Below, piece after piece: positions 39,337 to 50,463 of a stretch of DNA of 64,000 bases (positions within the stretch are counted from its first letter, which is position 1; every line of letters begins with the position of its first letter). A model generated the notes under the pieces. That model made no database searches and was not told the DNA's origin. It was given only the letters and a program-made list of their open reading frames with translations. The DNA is taken from the NCBI GenBank assembly GCA_965209155.1, contig OZ242383.1, positions 2,624,001 through 2,688,000 of the forward strand, given 5' to 3'. Both the position numbers and the translations under genes were made by a program. Source of the stretch: a bacterium (GTDB lineage Bacteria; SAR324; NAC60-12).

Positions 39337-40257
39337 ATGAAATTCGGAACTCAACTCAATATTTACCGCACCCAATGGGAAGAAATTCATCCCTATATCC
39401 TGGCGATGGAGGCAGGGCGATGGCACAGCCTGTGGTTGCCTGACCATTTCCTGCCTCCGGTTTCCGTGGGGATTCCCCGTGAGCAGGATGAGCTCAACCC
39501 GGCCTATGAAGCGTTCATTCCGCTGGCGGTGGTCGCAGGAATGACGAAACGAATCAAACTGGGCAGTTTGGTGTTGGGAAATCCCTACCGCAATCCGGCG
39601 CTGGTAGCCAAAATGGCTGCCGAACTCGATCAGGCTTCCAAAGGCCGCTTCATCCTGGGGATCGGAGCAGGTTGGTTCGAGCGCGAACACCAGGCTTACG
39701 GTTGGGATTTTCCATCCATGAAAGAAAGGCATGACCGGTTGGATGAGGCCTGTGAATTGATCCGCAGACTTTTTACCGAGCAAGAGCCCGTGGATTTCCG
39801 GGGCCAGTATTATCGACTGGTGCGGGCCCCGCTTTCCCCCTCATGTTATCAATCGCCTCATGTCCCCATTATGATTGGTGGCAACGGAGAACGTCGTACC
39901 TTGCGCACCCTGGTGAAGTATGGCGATATCTACAATTTCAACGGGTGGCATGGGATGGATGTCGATGTGTTCAAGCGCAAGCTCAACGTGATCGCGCGGC
40001 ATTGCGAAGATTTCGACCGGGATCCGGCAGAGATCAAAGTTACGGTGCACTTCCCGATGCGACTCGCTGAAACCGAAACGGAACAGGAACGCATCCGCCA
40101 GGAAAATCCGGGCTGGGTGGTTGGTTCGCGTAATTTCCAAATTGATTTGATCGGAGAGTTCGAGAAAGCAGGAGCCGAGGAAATGTGCTGCGCCATATTC
40201 GGCAATATTGAAGAGTTGCAACGTGTGGATGAAGAGATCATTGCGGCTTTTGAATAA
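39337..40257 (+). CDS. LLM-class, probably F420-dependent, oxidoreductase
   Basis: DHF, YRNPALVAKMAA.LD..SKGRFILGIGAGW, IMIGG.GE; AAGGAG RBS. Confidence 0.88.
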   Translation: MKFGTQLNIYRTQWEEIHPYILAMEAGRWHSLWLPDHFLPPVSVGIPREQDELNPAYEAFIPLAVVAGMTKRIKLGSLVLGNPYRNPALVAKMAAELDQASKGRFILGIGAGWFEREHQAYGWDFPSMKERHDRLDEACELIRRLFTEQEPVDFRGQYYRLVRAPLSPSCYQSPHVPIMIGGNGERRTLRTLVKYGDIYNFNGWHGMDVDVFKRKLNVIARHCEDFDRDPAEIKVTVHFPMRLAETETEQERIRQENPGWVVGSRNFQIDLIGEFEKAGAEEMCCAIFGNIEELQRVDEEIIAAFE

Positions 40258-40351
40258 AGATTGAATTCCTCGCCACCTTCAACTAATGCTACTGGTGAAT
40301 GAGCTGAAGTAGCCTTCCTTCTTTTCGATTTCCGCTATTTGAAAGGTACTG

Positions 40352-41782
40352 ATGGCAGATAAAGCCTTATATTTTCAAAGTATCAGAGAACTGGCAGGAC
40401 AAATCCAGTCTGGTATTCTCTCCCCTGTGGTTCTCACAGAGGCCTTACTGGACCGTATTGACAAGCTAAACCCACAATTGCATGCCTTTAAAGTTGTGAT
40501 GCATGAACAGGCGCTGGCGCAAGCCGAGGCGGCCGAAAAAGCAATCAAAATCGGTAACTATCTCGGTCCCTTGCATGGTATCCCCTATGCGGCCAAGGAC
40601 CTGTTCGACGTCAAGGGATTGCCCACTGCAGCCGGTAGTTCTCTGCTGGAAAACAACGTTCCATCGGAAGACGCGACGGTCATCCGTCGTTTGAAAGAAG
40701 CCGGCGCGGTGTTGATCGGGAAAACTCATACCGTACAATTCGCATTTGGTGGAGTGGGAATCAATCATGATCAGGGGACCCCTCTCAATCCCTGGCATGA
40801 CACTCCTCATGCTCCTGGAGGGTCCAGCAGCGGGAGCGCCGTTGCGGTCTCTTCCGGTATGGCTCCCATGGGTCTGGGAAGCGATACCGGAGGTTCGGTA
40901 AGGATCCCCGCCTCTCTTTGTGGGATAGTCGGTTTGAAAACGACGTTGGGTCGCGTCAGCCGCAAGGGTGTCTATCCGCTCAGTTGGAGTTTGGACAGTG
41001 TCGGACCTCTGGCCAGGACTGTCGAGGACTGCGCGCTAGCGTATCAGGCGATGCAAGGTGTCGATGAAGATGGAGATGAAACCACCCTGGGGCAAACACC
41101 CCACGATGTCATGAGCGACTTGAAACGAGGGGTGAATAATCTGCGTGTTTTTTTTGCGGAGTCGGTATTCTGGGATGACGTCGATTGCGAAGTGGTCGAA
41201 GCCGTGAGGGCTAGCGGAGAGGTGTTCCGTTCACAAGGAGCCATAGTGGAAAGCAGGGAGTTCCTGGAAGCGAGGGAAGCGCATACGCTCAATTCTCGCG
41301 GAGTCGTTGCCGCGGAAGGCTATGCTTTTAATCGTCAATGGGTGGACAATTATGAGAAACAACTCGATCCGGTAGTCAGCACGAGGTTAGTGATTGGTCG
41401 GAAAGTGAGCGCTTTTGAATATTTCGAAATCACTCGCAAATGGGCAGCGTTGCGCCGGAAGGTTAAGCATACTCTCGCTGACGTGGATGCCTTGATAGTC
41501 CCGAGCACGGCGATTCCAGCTATGCCGTTGGAAGCAATCGATCAGGATTTTCAAACCTACTCCCATTACAATCTCCTTTACCTGCGCAACACCACGATCG
41601 GCAATATTTTGAACTTGTGCGCCATATCCGTTCCTTGCGGTCACACTAAAAAAGGATCGCCTGTTGGATTGATGATTTATGCCAAACCATTCCAGGAAGA
41701 AATGGCCTTGCGCATTGCTTATGCATTTGAACAGGCCTCCCCTCTTCTGCCTATGCAGCCCACACTCGACTGGCTTTCCTGA
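40352..41782 (+). CDS. Amidase signature family protein (GatA/AtzE-like)
   Basis: GPLHGIP..KD, GGSSSGS, GSDTGGSVRIPAS. Confidence 0.93.
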   Translation: MADKALYFQSIRELAGQIQSGILSPVVLTEALLDRIDKLNPQLHAFKVVMHEQALAQAEAAEKAIKIGNYLGPLHGIPYAAKDLFDVKGLPTAAGSSLLENNVPSEDATVIRRLKEAGAVLIGKTHTVQFAFGGVGINHDQGTPLNPWHDTPHAPGGSSSGSAVAVSSGMAPMGLGSDTGGSVRIPASLCGIVGLKTTLGRVSRKGVYPLSWSLDSVGPLARTVEDCALAYQAMQGVDEDGDETTLGQTPHDVMSDLKRGVNNLRVFFAESVFWDDVDCEVVEAVRASGEVFRSQGAIVESREFLEAREAHTLNSRGVVAAEGYAFNRQWVDNYEKQLDPVVSTRLVIGRKVSAFEYFEITRKWAALRRKVKHTLADVDALIVPSTAIPAMPLEAIDQDFQTYSHYNLLYLRNTTIGNILNLCAISVPCGHTKKGSPVGLMIYAKPFQEEMALRIAYAFEQASPLLPMQPTLDWLS

Positions 41783-41886
41783 TAAATTGGATTGAAACGG
41801 ATTTGACATGGAAATAACGCCTTGGATTGACTTGCTTGTTTCCAGCAGAATTTTTTATTCTTTGAACTCAAAATGTTTTTAGACCG

Positions 41887-41961
41887 AGTGAAATCGATTG
41901 AGAGGCTCTTTTCAGTGGGTCAACTAAAGCAGAGTGTCCTTTTCGGCCGGTGATGATGACC
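41887..41961 (+). mobile_element. Decayed relic of the four-helix-bundle element
   Basis: GAGGCTCTTTTCAGTGGGTCAACTAAAGCAGAGTGTCCTTTT matches the internal ORF segment (5 mismatches in 42 nt), followed by right-end-like GCCGGTGATGATGAC. Confidence 0.7.
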
Positions 41962-42049
41962 TTTAGTAAATTAACATGGTATAAATAAACTCGGGGTCGT
42001 TGACTCCGGTGACGTCCCACAATATCCAAAATTCAGGTAGAGAAAAAAG

Positions 42050-44140
42050 ATGAAACAATTAAGCAAATCTGTTGGTTTTGAAACCCATGGGGACATCGCA
42101 GTCCTAACCTGCAATAACCCTCCAGTCAATGCTCTCAGCTTTCACGTCCGTCAAGGATTGTACGACGGCATCAAAGAAGCGGACGCCAATGCCGGTATCA
42201 AAGCGGTGGTGCTACATTGTGAAGGGCGCACATTTTTTGCGGGCGCCGATATCTCTGAATTTGGCAAGCCCCCGACACCCGGAGTTCCAGGATTGCGAGA
42301 GGTTCTTGATGTTATGGAGGAATCCAGCAAGCCGGTTGTGTCGGTAATCCACGGTACGGCCCTCGGTGGAGGACTGGAAACCGCAATGGCTTGTCATTAT
42401 CGCATTGCGGACGCCAGTGCCAGAATGGGACAACCCGAAGTCCACCTCGGTTTGATTCCGGGTGCTGGAGGAACCGTGCGTTTGCCTCGCATCATGGGAG
42501 TGGAAAAAGCGTTGGAAATGAATGTCTCCGGCAATCCTATCGGAGCGGCAGAAGCATTGAACAACGGGTTGATCGAAGCAATCGTCCGGGGAAACCTCAA
42601 GGAACAGGCAATTGCCTTTGCTCGCAAAATCGTGGCGGAAGGTCGTCCTTTGGTCAAGATTCGAGACAAAAATGAAAAATTGCGAGAAGCGGAAAAAAAA
42701 CCGCAATTGTTCAACAATTTCAGGAAAAGCATCGCCCGTAAAAGCCGAGGATTCAAAGCGCCGGAAGCTATTATCCAGGCAGTCGAAGGTGCCGTCCATT
42801 TGCCATTCGATGAAGCGATGAAGAAAGAGGAGGAGTTATTTAAACAATGCCACGACAGTGCCGAATCCGAAGCCCAACGATACTTTTTCTTTGTAGAACG
42901 ACTGGCGAATAAAATCCCGGATATTCCGAAGGACACCCCGACTCGGGAAATCAAGACGGTGGGGATTCTGGGCGCCGGTACGATGGGGGGAGGCATTGCG
43001 ATGAATTTTGCCAACGTGGGAATTCCCGTGAAAATCGTCGAAGCCAGTCGAGATAGACTGGAATCCGGTTTAGGAGTGATCCGAAAAAACTATTCCAACA
43101 CGGCTAAAAAAGGACGGATCACGGAAGAGGAGGTAGAAACACGCATGTCCCTGATCGAAGGACACCTGGACAAAAACGTTTTGCAGGATGTGGATCTTGT
43201 CACTGAAGCGGTATTCGAGGACATGGAACTTAAAAAAACGATTTTCAGGGAACTCGACAAAATCTGCAAACCAGGCGCTATTTTGGCCAGCAACACCTCC
43301 TACTTGAATGTGAATGAGATTGCCCGGGAAACGTCTCGTCCCGAAGACGTCCTGGGCACGCATTACTTCAGCCCTGCCAATGTGATGAAGCTGTTGGAAG
43401 TGGTTCGTGGTGAAAAAACTTCTGGAGAAGTCATTGCTACCTTGTTAAAGCTGGCTAAGACGATCAACAAAGTCGCCGTCGTCGTCGGTGTCTGCCACGG
43501 ATTTGTCGGCAATCGAATGTTGGCGGCACGGGGCGTGGAATCCGGAAACCTGCTGTTAGAGAATGCTTTGCCTCATGAAATTGACCAGGTTATCTACGAT
43601 TTTGGCTTTCCGATGGGACCCTATAGCATGTCGGACCTGGCGGGTTTGGATATTGGTTGGAAAGGAGACAAAACGCCGGATAAAGAAATCGATATCCGCC
43701 ATCAACTCTGCGAACGTGGAAGACGAGGTCAAAAAACAGGGGCGGGATTTTACGATTATCAAGAAGGCAGTCGCAAACCAATCCCGAATGCGGAAGTGGA
43801 GGCTTTGATCCTTAAAATTTCTGAAATCAAACAAATCACCCGCACTGAAATATCGAAAGAGGACATGCTCGGGAGGATGATATACGCCATGATCAACGAG
43901 GCAGCTAAAATACTGGAAGAAGGGATTGCCCTGCGACCTTCGGATATCGATGTAGTTTGGGTCTATGGGTACGGTTGGCCGGTTTATCGCGGGGGACCGT
44001 GCTATTACGCCGACCAGGTGGGACTGAAAAATGTGGTTGCCGCTCTTGAAAAATATGCGGTTCAGTATGGAGCCCATTTAGCTCCTGCCCCACTCTTGAA
44101 AAAGTTGGCAGAGGAAGGTAAAGGATTTAAAGATCTTTAA
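42050..44140 (+). CDS. Bifunctional enoyl-CoA hydratase / 3-hydroxyacyl-CoA dehydrogenase
   Basis: AGADI, ALGGGLE, PEV.LG.IPGAGGT; GAGTMGGG, EAVFE, SNTS, HYFSPA. Confidence 0.94.
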   Translation: MKQLSKSVGFETHGDIAVLTCNNPPVNALSFHVRQGLYDGIKEADANAGIKAVVLHCEGRTFFAGADISEFGKPPTPGVPGLREVLDVMEESSKPVVSVIHGTALGGGLETAMACHYRIADASARMGQPEVHLGLIPGAGGTVRLPRIMGVEKALEMNVSGNPIGAAEALNNGLIEAIVRGNLKEQAIAFARKIVAEGRPLVKIRDKNEKLREAEKKPQLFNNFRKSIARKSRGFKAPEAIIQAVEGAVHLPFDEAMKKEEELFKQCHDSAESEAQRYFFFVERLANKIPDIPKDTPTREIKTVGILGAGTMGGGIAMNFANVGIPVKIVEASRDRLESGLGVIRKNYSNTAKKGRITEEEVETRMSLIEGHLDKNVLQDVDLVTEAVFEDMELKKTIFRELDKICKPGAILASNTSYLNVNEIARETSRPEDVLGTHYFSPANVMKLLEVVRGEKTSGEVIATLLKLAKTINKVAVVVGVCHGFVGNRMLAARGVESGNLLLENALPHEIDQVIYDFGFPMGPYSMSDLAGLDIGWKGDKTPDKEIDIRHQLCERGRRGQKTGAGFYDYQEGSRKPIPNAEVEALILKISEIKQITRTEISKEDMLGRMIYAMINEAAKILEEGIALRPSDIDVVWVYGYGWPVYRGGPCYYADQVGLKNVVAALEKYAVQYGAHLAPAPLLKKLAEEGKGFKDL

Positions 44141-44160
44141 ATGAGTATCTTGAATTTTCC

Positions 44161-46329
44161 TTAGAGTGTTTCGTTGCGCAAACGCAAGGCATTGCCAATC
44201 ACGGATACGGAACTGAGGCTCATGGCGGCACTGGCAATCATTGGACTGAGGAGCACACCCAAGAAGGGATAAAGCAAGCCTGCCGCAATGGGTACGGCCA
44301 ACAAGTTGTATATATAAGCAAAAAACAAATTTTGCCGAATGTTGCGCATGGTGGCCCGGCTGAGGTTGCGTGCGCGGACGATACCCCGTAAATCTCCTTT
44401 GAGAAGCGTGATGTCGGCACTTTCCATGGCCACATCCGTGCCGCTTCCCATCGCGATCCCCACATTGGCCTGGGCGAGAGCTGGTGCATCATTTATTCCA
44501 TCACCAGCCATCGCGACCAAGTTTCCACCTGCTTGCAAGCGTTTGACCACATCGGCTTTCTCACCTGGCAATAATTCTGCTTCAACCTGGTCGATATGGA
44601 GCTTTTTGGCCACCACCTCGGCCGTGGCTCTATTGTCACCCGTTAGCATAATCACTCGCAATCCCGCGTCCTGTAGCATTTGAATGGTTTCCATTGTCAT
44701 TTCTTTGACAGGATCTGAAACTGCCAATAAACCGGCTAGCTGGTTTTCAATGGCGACAAACATTACGGTTTGACCATCTTCGCGGAGAGCGTTGGCTTGA
44801 TCTGTCAGCAAACTGGCGTCAATTTTCAATGAGTCCAGAAGTTTTTGATTTCCCACTGCCAGCTGTTTTCCATCAATATTTCCCGTCACTCCTTTGCCGG
44901 GAATTGCTTCAAAATGCTCTACCTTCAAAAGAGAAATTTTCTTTTCCAGAGCACTGGAAAGAATAGCTTCCGCCAGGGGGTGTTCACTGCTGCGCTCCAA
45001 ACTCCCCGTCCATTGAAGTAATTCTTCTTTTGTTAAAGGATTAAGCGGAACTATCGCCGTCAAATGGGGCTTCCCTTCAGTCAACGTTCCCGTTTTATCA
45101 ACAAGCAACGTTTCCACTTTTTCCATTGTTTCCAATGTTTCGGCATTTTTAATCAGTACGCCGTTGGTCGCCCCTTTTCCCGTTGCCACCATAATAGACA
45201 TTGGGGTTGCCAATCCCAGCGCGCAAGGACAGGCGATGATGAGCACGGCTACTGCGTTGAGCAATGCAAAAGCCATTGCGGGTTCCGGTCCCAACAGGCT
45301 CCAAAGGAGGGCTGTTAAAAGGGCAATCACAATCACTGCAGGTACAAAATACCCTGCCACAGAATCTGCAAGACGCTGGATGGGGGCCTTGCTCCTTTGC
45401 GCGTCGCCGACCATCTCGACAATTTGCGCTAAGAGCGTATCTCCCCCGGTTCGCTCCACTTGCATGATAAAACTACCTGTGCCATTGACAGTTGCTCCAA
45501 TGATCTTATCTCCTGTTTGCTTTTTCACGGGTATGGGTTCGCCCGTGACCATCGATTCATCAATCGTACTACTGCCTTCCAGGACTTTTCCATCCAGTGG
45601 AATCTTTTCTCCCGGAAGGACTCGCAAGCGATCTCCGTACTTCAAATGATCCACTGAGATTTCCTCTTCCGATCCATCTTCCCGGATCACCTGGGCAGTT
45701 TCAGGCGCAAGCGCCAACAAAGCTTGAATCGCGTTGTTAGTCCGGCTGCGAGCACGAAGCTCTAAGACTTGTCCCAGTAAGACCAGCACCGTGATCACGG
45801 CGGCCGCTTCAAAATAGACTGCTACCTCTCCAGCATGTCCTCGAAAGGTACCTGGGAATATCCCTGGAAAAAGAGTTGCCACCACACTGTAAAGATAGGC
45901 CACTCCGATGCCGAGCGCAACCAAAGTAAACATATTCAGACTGCGATTGACCAACGACATCCAACCCCGTACAAAAAGTGGATAACCACTCCAGAGAACC
46001 ACCGGAGATGCCAACAGCAATTGGACCCAGGAAAGCCATGTCCCCGGTACCATTCGTTGCAGAGGTTGCCCTGGTATCATTTCCGACATACCCAGCAGAA
46101 AAACAGGAAACGCAAAATAAAAACCCGTCCACATTCGACGTGTCATTTCTGCTAATTCCTGGTCGTCTTCCTCTTCCGTGATGCCAATTGCCTGCAACCC
46201 CATACCGCACAAGGGGCAGGAACCCGCTTGCTTTTCCACGATTTCCGGGTGCATGGGACAGGTATATTCTGCTCCTGCCACCATGACTGGTTCAGGTGGA
46301 GCCGGTGTTGGATGATGGCGCATTTTCAT
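44161..46329 (-). CDS. copA: Copper-translocating P1B-type ATPase
   Basis: [39 protein letters not shown]. Confidence 0.93.
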   Translation of the reverse strand: MKMRHHPTPAPPEPVMVAGAEYTCPMHPEIVEKQAGSCPLCGMGLQAIGITEEEDDQELAEMTRRMWTGFYFAFPVFLLGMSEMIPGQPLQRMVPGTWLSWVQLLLASPVVLWSGYPLFVRGWMSLVNRSLNMFTLVALGIGVAYLYSVVATLFPGIFPGTFRGHAGEVAVYFEAAAVITVLVLLGQVLELRARSRTNNAIQALLALAPETAQVIREDGSEEEISVDHLKYGDRLRVLPGEKIPLDGKVLEGSSTIDESMVTGEPIPVKKQTGDKIIGATVNGTGSFIMQVERTGGDTLLAQIVEMVGDAQRSKAPIQRLADSVAGYFVPAVIVIALLTALLWSLLGPEPAMAFALLNAVAVLIIACPCALGLATPMSIMVATGKGATNGVLIKNAETLETMEKVETLLVDKTGTLTEGKPHLTAIVPLNPLTKEELLQWTGSLERSSEHPLAEAILSSALEKKISLLKVEHFEAIPGKGVTGNIDGKQLAVGNQKLLDSLKIDASLLTDQANALREDGQTVMFVAIENQLAGLLAVSDPVKEMTMETIQMLQDAGLRVIMLTGDNRATAEVVAKKLHIDQVEAELLPGEKADVVKRLQAGGNLVAMAGDGINDAPALAQANVGIAMGSGTDVAMESADITLLKGDLRGIVRARNLSRATMRNIRQNLFFAYIYNLLAVPIAAGLLYPFLGVLLSPMIASAAMSLSSVSVIGNALRLRNETL

Positions 46330-46467
46330 TTTTAACTCACAATCTTGGGGCTATTTCTTTTTCGGCTGAATAAGCGCGACTGTTTGAATTTTTTAAGGTG
46401 CAGGACTAAGATTGCATCATGAATAGATTTTTGCAATTGCTCCTTCTCCGGAAAGGAAAGGGCTTGT

Positions 46468-47745
46468 CTAGCCCACAGGCTTTCTGGTAGGGGGAGGCAT
46501 CGTTGAAACTTCTTGATCTTCCAAAAGTGGCATGGTGCGCGTCCACATAAGAAGAATTACCAGGATGCAAAGCCCCCCTCCCACTCCAACAGGCAATTGC
46601 AAACCAAAAAAACCGGATAACCAGCCCATCGAGAGAGCACCGATTGCGGGACCGCCTCGGAAAATCATACCCCAGAGACCGAGCACTCGTCCTCTCATTT
46701 TTCCTGATACGGCGTTTTGTATCAAAGTTTGCGTGGAAACACCAAATGTTACCATCGTGACCCCGGAAATTCCCATCGCCACGACGGCTATCCAAAAAAG
46801 GTCGGTACTGGCAAATAATATTAACATTAAACCGGAAATGGCCAGGCTGACCATCATGATGGTCAGTAACCCCTCATGCTTACCTCGTTGCGCGATCCAG
46901 ATACCTCCGGCAATGGCGCCGAAGCCGACTGCCGAGGTCAGGATAGACAATCCTGCAGCGCCTTGATGAAAAACTTCATCCGCAAAACCGGGTAACAACT
47001 CAAAAACCGGTCGGCAAAGGAAAGAAGCGGCCAACATGAAAACTATTGTCTGTATCACAACCGGATGTGAAATGGCGTATCGTATCCCTTGCAGCGCGTC
47101 AGTGACAATCCCTTTCCGCTCGCGTTTCGATGCCATTTCTTGGGGTGGTAAGCGCAGAAATAGCAAAGCGAGGAGCATCACCAGAAATGTGGTGGCGTTG
47201 ACCGCGAAGGCAGCTGCGATCCCGAACGCGGTGATGACCACGCCAGCAACGGCGGGTCCAATGAATCGTGCCAGGTTGAACATAACTGAATTGATGGCAA
47301 TGGCCGATGCCATATTTCTGGCACGAACGAGACTGTGCACGAGTGACAGCCGAGACGGCATGTTCAGGGCGATGACAATTCCATGAAATAAAGTCAACAG
47401 AAATAAACCGTATATGCTGATCCAGTCAAATAGAGTGAGAAAACACAATACAGCGGATTGGATCAATTCCATTATGGTACAAAAAAGTAGAATCATACGC
47501 CGATCATACCTGTCTGCAATCACTCCCGCAAAAGGAGCGATCATTATTACGGGAAACAGGTCGGCAAAAGCAACAGCACCCAGCCAAAATCCGGATTTGG
47601 TCAGGTCCCAGGCCAACCATCCCACTGCCAGGCGTTGTACCCAAACACCAACCAGGGAAAAAACATTTCCGGTAGTGTAGATGGTATAATTACGATTTTG
47701 AAACAAACTGAGAATTGCTGAATATCCTGAATTACTGTCACTCAT
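46468..47745 (-). CDS. MFS transporter
   Basis: About 12 TM segments, AGVIADRYDRR motif A, MRGRV. Confidence 0.92.
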   Translation of the reverse strand: MSDSNSGYSAILSLFQNRNYTIYTTGNVFSLVGVWVQRLAVGWLAWDLTKSGFWLGAVAFADLFPVIMIAPFAGVIADRYDRRMILLFCTIMELIQSAVLCFLTLFDWISIYGLFLLTLFHGIVIALNMPSRLSLVHSLVRARNMASAIAINSVMFNLARFIGPAVAGVVITAFGIAAAFAVNATTFLVMLLALLFLRLPPQEMASKRERKGIVTDALQGIRYAISHPVVIQTIVFMLAASFLCRPVFELLPGFADEVFHQGAAGLSILTSAVGFGAIAGGIWIAQRGKHEGLLTIMMVSLAISGLMLILFASTDLFWIAVVAMGISGVTMVTFGVSTQTLIQNAVSGKMRGRVLGLWGMIFRGGPAIGALSMGWLSGFFGLQLPVGVGGGLCILVILLMWTRTMPLLEDQEVSTMPPPTRKPVG

Positions 47746-47782
47746 AATTTTTTAGATAGTTAAAACTCCCGATGAAATTACT

Positions 47783-48418
47783 TTATTTTGTGCGATACAG
47801 TCGGTCACCCGCATCTCCTAACCCGGGGAGGATATAGCCGTGCTCATTGAGCTTTTCATCAATTGCTGCAGTGTAAATTACCACGTCCGAGTGCCGTTTC
47901 CTCAGTTCTTCGATTCCTTCAGGCGCCGCCAGCAGACAAACAAATCTCAACGATCGCGGTTTTACGGATTTGAGACGATACAAAGCTGCGGACGCGGAAT
48001 GCCCGGTGGCGAGCATTGGATCTACCACAATCATATCTTTGCCCTCCACTTCCGGTGGCATTTTAAAATAATATTCCACGGCATCCAAAGTAGCAGGGTC
48101 CCGGTAAAGCCCTATGTGTCCGACTCTTGCTGAAGGAACCAACTGTAACATGCCGTCCAGAATCCCATTGCCCGCTCTCAAGATGGAAACTATAACCAGG
48201 TTTTTGCCTTCAAAAAAAGGGGCATTTACAGGAGATAAGGGCGTTTCAATATCTTTATAATTCAAGGGAAAATCACGTGTCACCTCATAAGCGAGCAAGG
48301 TACTGATTTCTCTGAGCAAATCTCTGAATTGGTTACAACTCGTGTCCTTTTTCCTCATCAGGCTCAACTTATGTTGCACGAGGGGATGAGAAATGACCAT
48401 TAATTCAGACATTATCAT
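47783..48418 (-). CDS. upp: Uracil phosphoribosyltransferase
   Basis: [28 protein letters not shown]. Confidence 0.97.
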   Translation of the reverse strand: MIMSELMVISHPLVQHKLSLMRKKDTSCNQFRDLLREISTLLAYEVTRDFPLNYKDIETPLSPVNAPFFEGKNLVIVSILRAGNGILDGMLQLVPSARVGHIGLYRDPATLDAVEYYFKMPPEVEGKDMIVVDPMLATGHSASAALYRLKSVKPRSLRFVCLLAAPEGIEELRKRHSDVVIYTAAIDEKLNEHGYILPGLGDAGDRLYRTK

Positions 48419-48442
48419 TTTCCTAGGAATGGACGCGCCCGC

Positions 48443-48470
48443 TGGATGCCGGGTCTACGCCCGGAATGAC
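48443..48470. repeat. Single REP-like palindrome related to the TGGAT...ATGAC family
   Basis: TGGATGCCGGG-TCTACG-CCCGGAATGAC. Confidence 0.6.
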
Positions 48471-48690
48471 AAACCCGCGTATGAGCTGGAAGAGCAAAAC
48501 AATGTACGTATTTTTGCCTCATGAAACTACGGTGCAAGACCAATATCAGGACTATTCAGGGAGACTCCTGCCATTGAACAGATCTGGAAAATGGCAGGAC
48601 CTTCAACGAAGCTCTAGCGCTTGTTGTTTGCAAACAGGCCTTAAAGATTTCGGCTGGACCTCGGAACTTGCAACCGTCAAAGTCAGGTAA

Positions 48691-49728
48691 TCAGGCAGCA
48701 GGTCTGATATGAACTTTAACAGATTGGCTTTTTTTATCGAGAGCAGTTGCAAAGGCTTGGTTGACTTCATTCAGGGCATAACGGTGGGTTACCAGTTTAC
48801 GTGCTGCCTCCCCGTGATCACTGAGAATTTCTAATGCCATTTGGTAGTTGGCTTTTCCACTCATGTTACCATAAAGTACAGCACCAACAATGGCCCGATC
48901 CATAATCTGAAACGATTTGAATGCAATTGTCGGGGAAAAAAACACTCCCAAGACCAGGACACGGCCCAGGGGACGCGCACTGCACAGGGCCTGATCGAGC
49001 GTCTCACCATGCCCTCCTACCGTTTCTATGGCGAGATCGATGGCATTCGACTTCACTAACTCCGTCAATCGCTCTTGTCCTTTATCATCATCGCCCAACA
49101 CTTCGTCGGCACCCAGTTGTCTGGCAAGTTCCTGCTGTTGAGGATGACGGGCAATGATGATGGCATTCGCTCCAAGCGCTTTCACGTTGATCAAGGCACC
49201 CAATCCAACCGTACCAGCGCCAATAATCAAAGCGGTTTCGTGAAAGCGAAGGTCGACACGCTCCAAGCCGTAAACCGAACAGGAAAGGGGTTCGGCAAGG
49301 GCGGCGAGTTCAGTGTCAAAGCCTGGGGGGGCTTTAAATGCCGTGTAGCCTGGTACATTGACATATTCGCTCATACCCCCATTATAGGTTTCTCCCACGA
49401 GCCCGCGTTCTCCGCAAACTTGATAAGCGCCTGTCATGCAAAAACGGCAAGCGCCACATCGTACCACAGGTTCGATGCCCACCACATCTCCCTCGTTGAC
49501 ATGTTTGACATTGCTGCCAACAGCACTCACCACGCCCCCGATTTCGTGACCGGGAACAGCACCGATGGTGACGGGTTTGTCTCCCCTCACATAGTGCAAA
49601 TCTGAACCACAGATTCCAGAGCTTCCTACCTGGATTTGCACCTGATCGGCTTGAGGATCTGCAATGGAAATTTTTTCCACGTTCAAGTCCCGGGATTCTA
49701 ACCAACTTGCGGCCAAGCTTTCTTTCAT
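48691..49728 (-). CDS. Zinc-dependent alcohol dehydrogenase (MDR)
   Basis: GICGSD, GHE, CGACRFC..C, GAGTVG. Confidence 0.93.
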   Translation of the reverse strand: MKESLAASWLESRDLNVEKISIADPQADQVQIQVGSSGICGSDLHYVRGDKPVTIGAVPGHEIGGVVSAVGSNVKHVNEGDVVGIEPVVRCGACRFCMTGAYQVCGERGLVGETYNGGMSEYVNVPGYTAFKAPPGFDTELAALAEPLSCSVYGLERVDLRFHETALIIGAGTVGLGALINVKALGANAIIIARHPQQQELARQLGADEVLGDDDKGQERLTELVKSNAIDLAIETVGGHGETLDQALCSARPLGRVLVLGVFFSPTIAFKSFQIMDRAIVGAVLYGNMSGKANYQMALEILSDHGEAARKLVTHRYALNEVNQAFATALDKKSQSVKVHIRPAA

Positions 49729-49770
49729 GAATTGCTCCTATGCTTTCAATGGCAGATAAACTTAAGAATC

Positions 49771-49955
49771 TTACTCACCTTCAATACGTATTACTTAATT
49801 ATCTCTTCCTGCAACCAAGTCCGAATATGGAGAGCTTTATGTTTCGCCGGCATCAACCATCAGATTGCGTCCGGCTGTGTGGCGGCTTTCGTCACTTGCC
49901 AGGTACAATGCGGCGTATTCCATGTCCTCCGGCATTCCTGCCCGATGAAGGGGAG
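49771..49955 (-). pseudogene. Decayed duplicate of the SDR 3' end (52022-52210)
   Basis: Translates LHRAGMPEDMEYAALYLASDESRHTAGRNLMVDAGET*SSPYSDLVAGRDN*VIRIEGE*. Confidence 0.88.
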
Positions 49956-50463
49956 CGATTTTTCAGCAACCAAGGCATCTTCGCACGTCTCCCCTTCTCA
50001 TGTCAAGAATAAAAATAAATATCTCTTCAAATTAATTCTCCTATACTGCGCACAGCTGCAAATTGTATTGATTCGTTAAGTTGTTGTCCATTCAAAGAAA
50101 TGGTATTTCGAATGAAAGTAAGGAAAAAAACTCCGCTACCCCTCACCTGTGGATACAAGCTGATGAAGCAATAAAATTCAGCATTGAGAGACATGAAAGA
50201 CCCCAAGCCTCACCCGCAGGTATTGAAACCATACGGTTGGATGGGCCTTGCGATGCGATTGGGGAAGGGCTCCTCTTAAGCGAAGGGGTTGATCAGCCGG
50301 GCGAGGAGACCTCGTTTGCGATTCTTTGCGGCGCCATGACTGCACAAAATCGAGAAAATGACTTTGTGACAAAGGGACAACGAATAAGGCTCGCTGTTGC
50401 TCAAACGCTTTGATATACTGGTTGACAACCAGTGCTTTCTTGTTCCCTTTTTTGAGGAGCATC

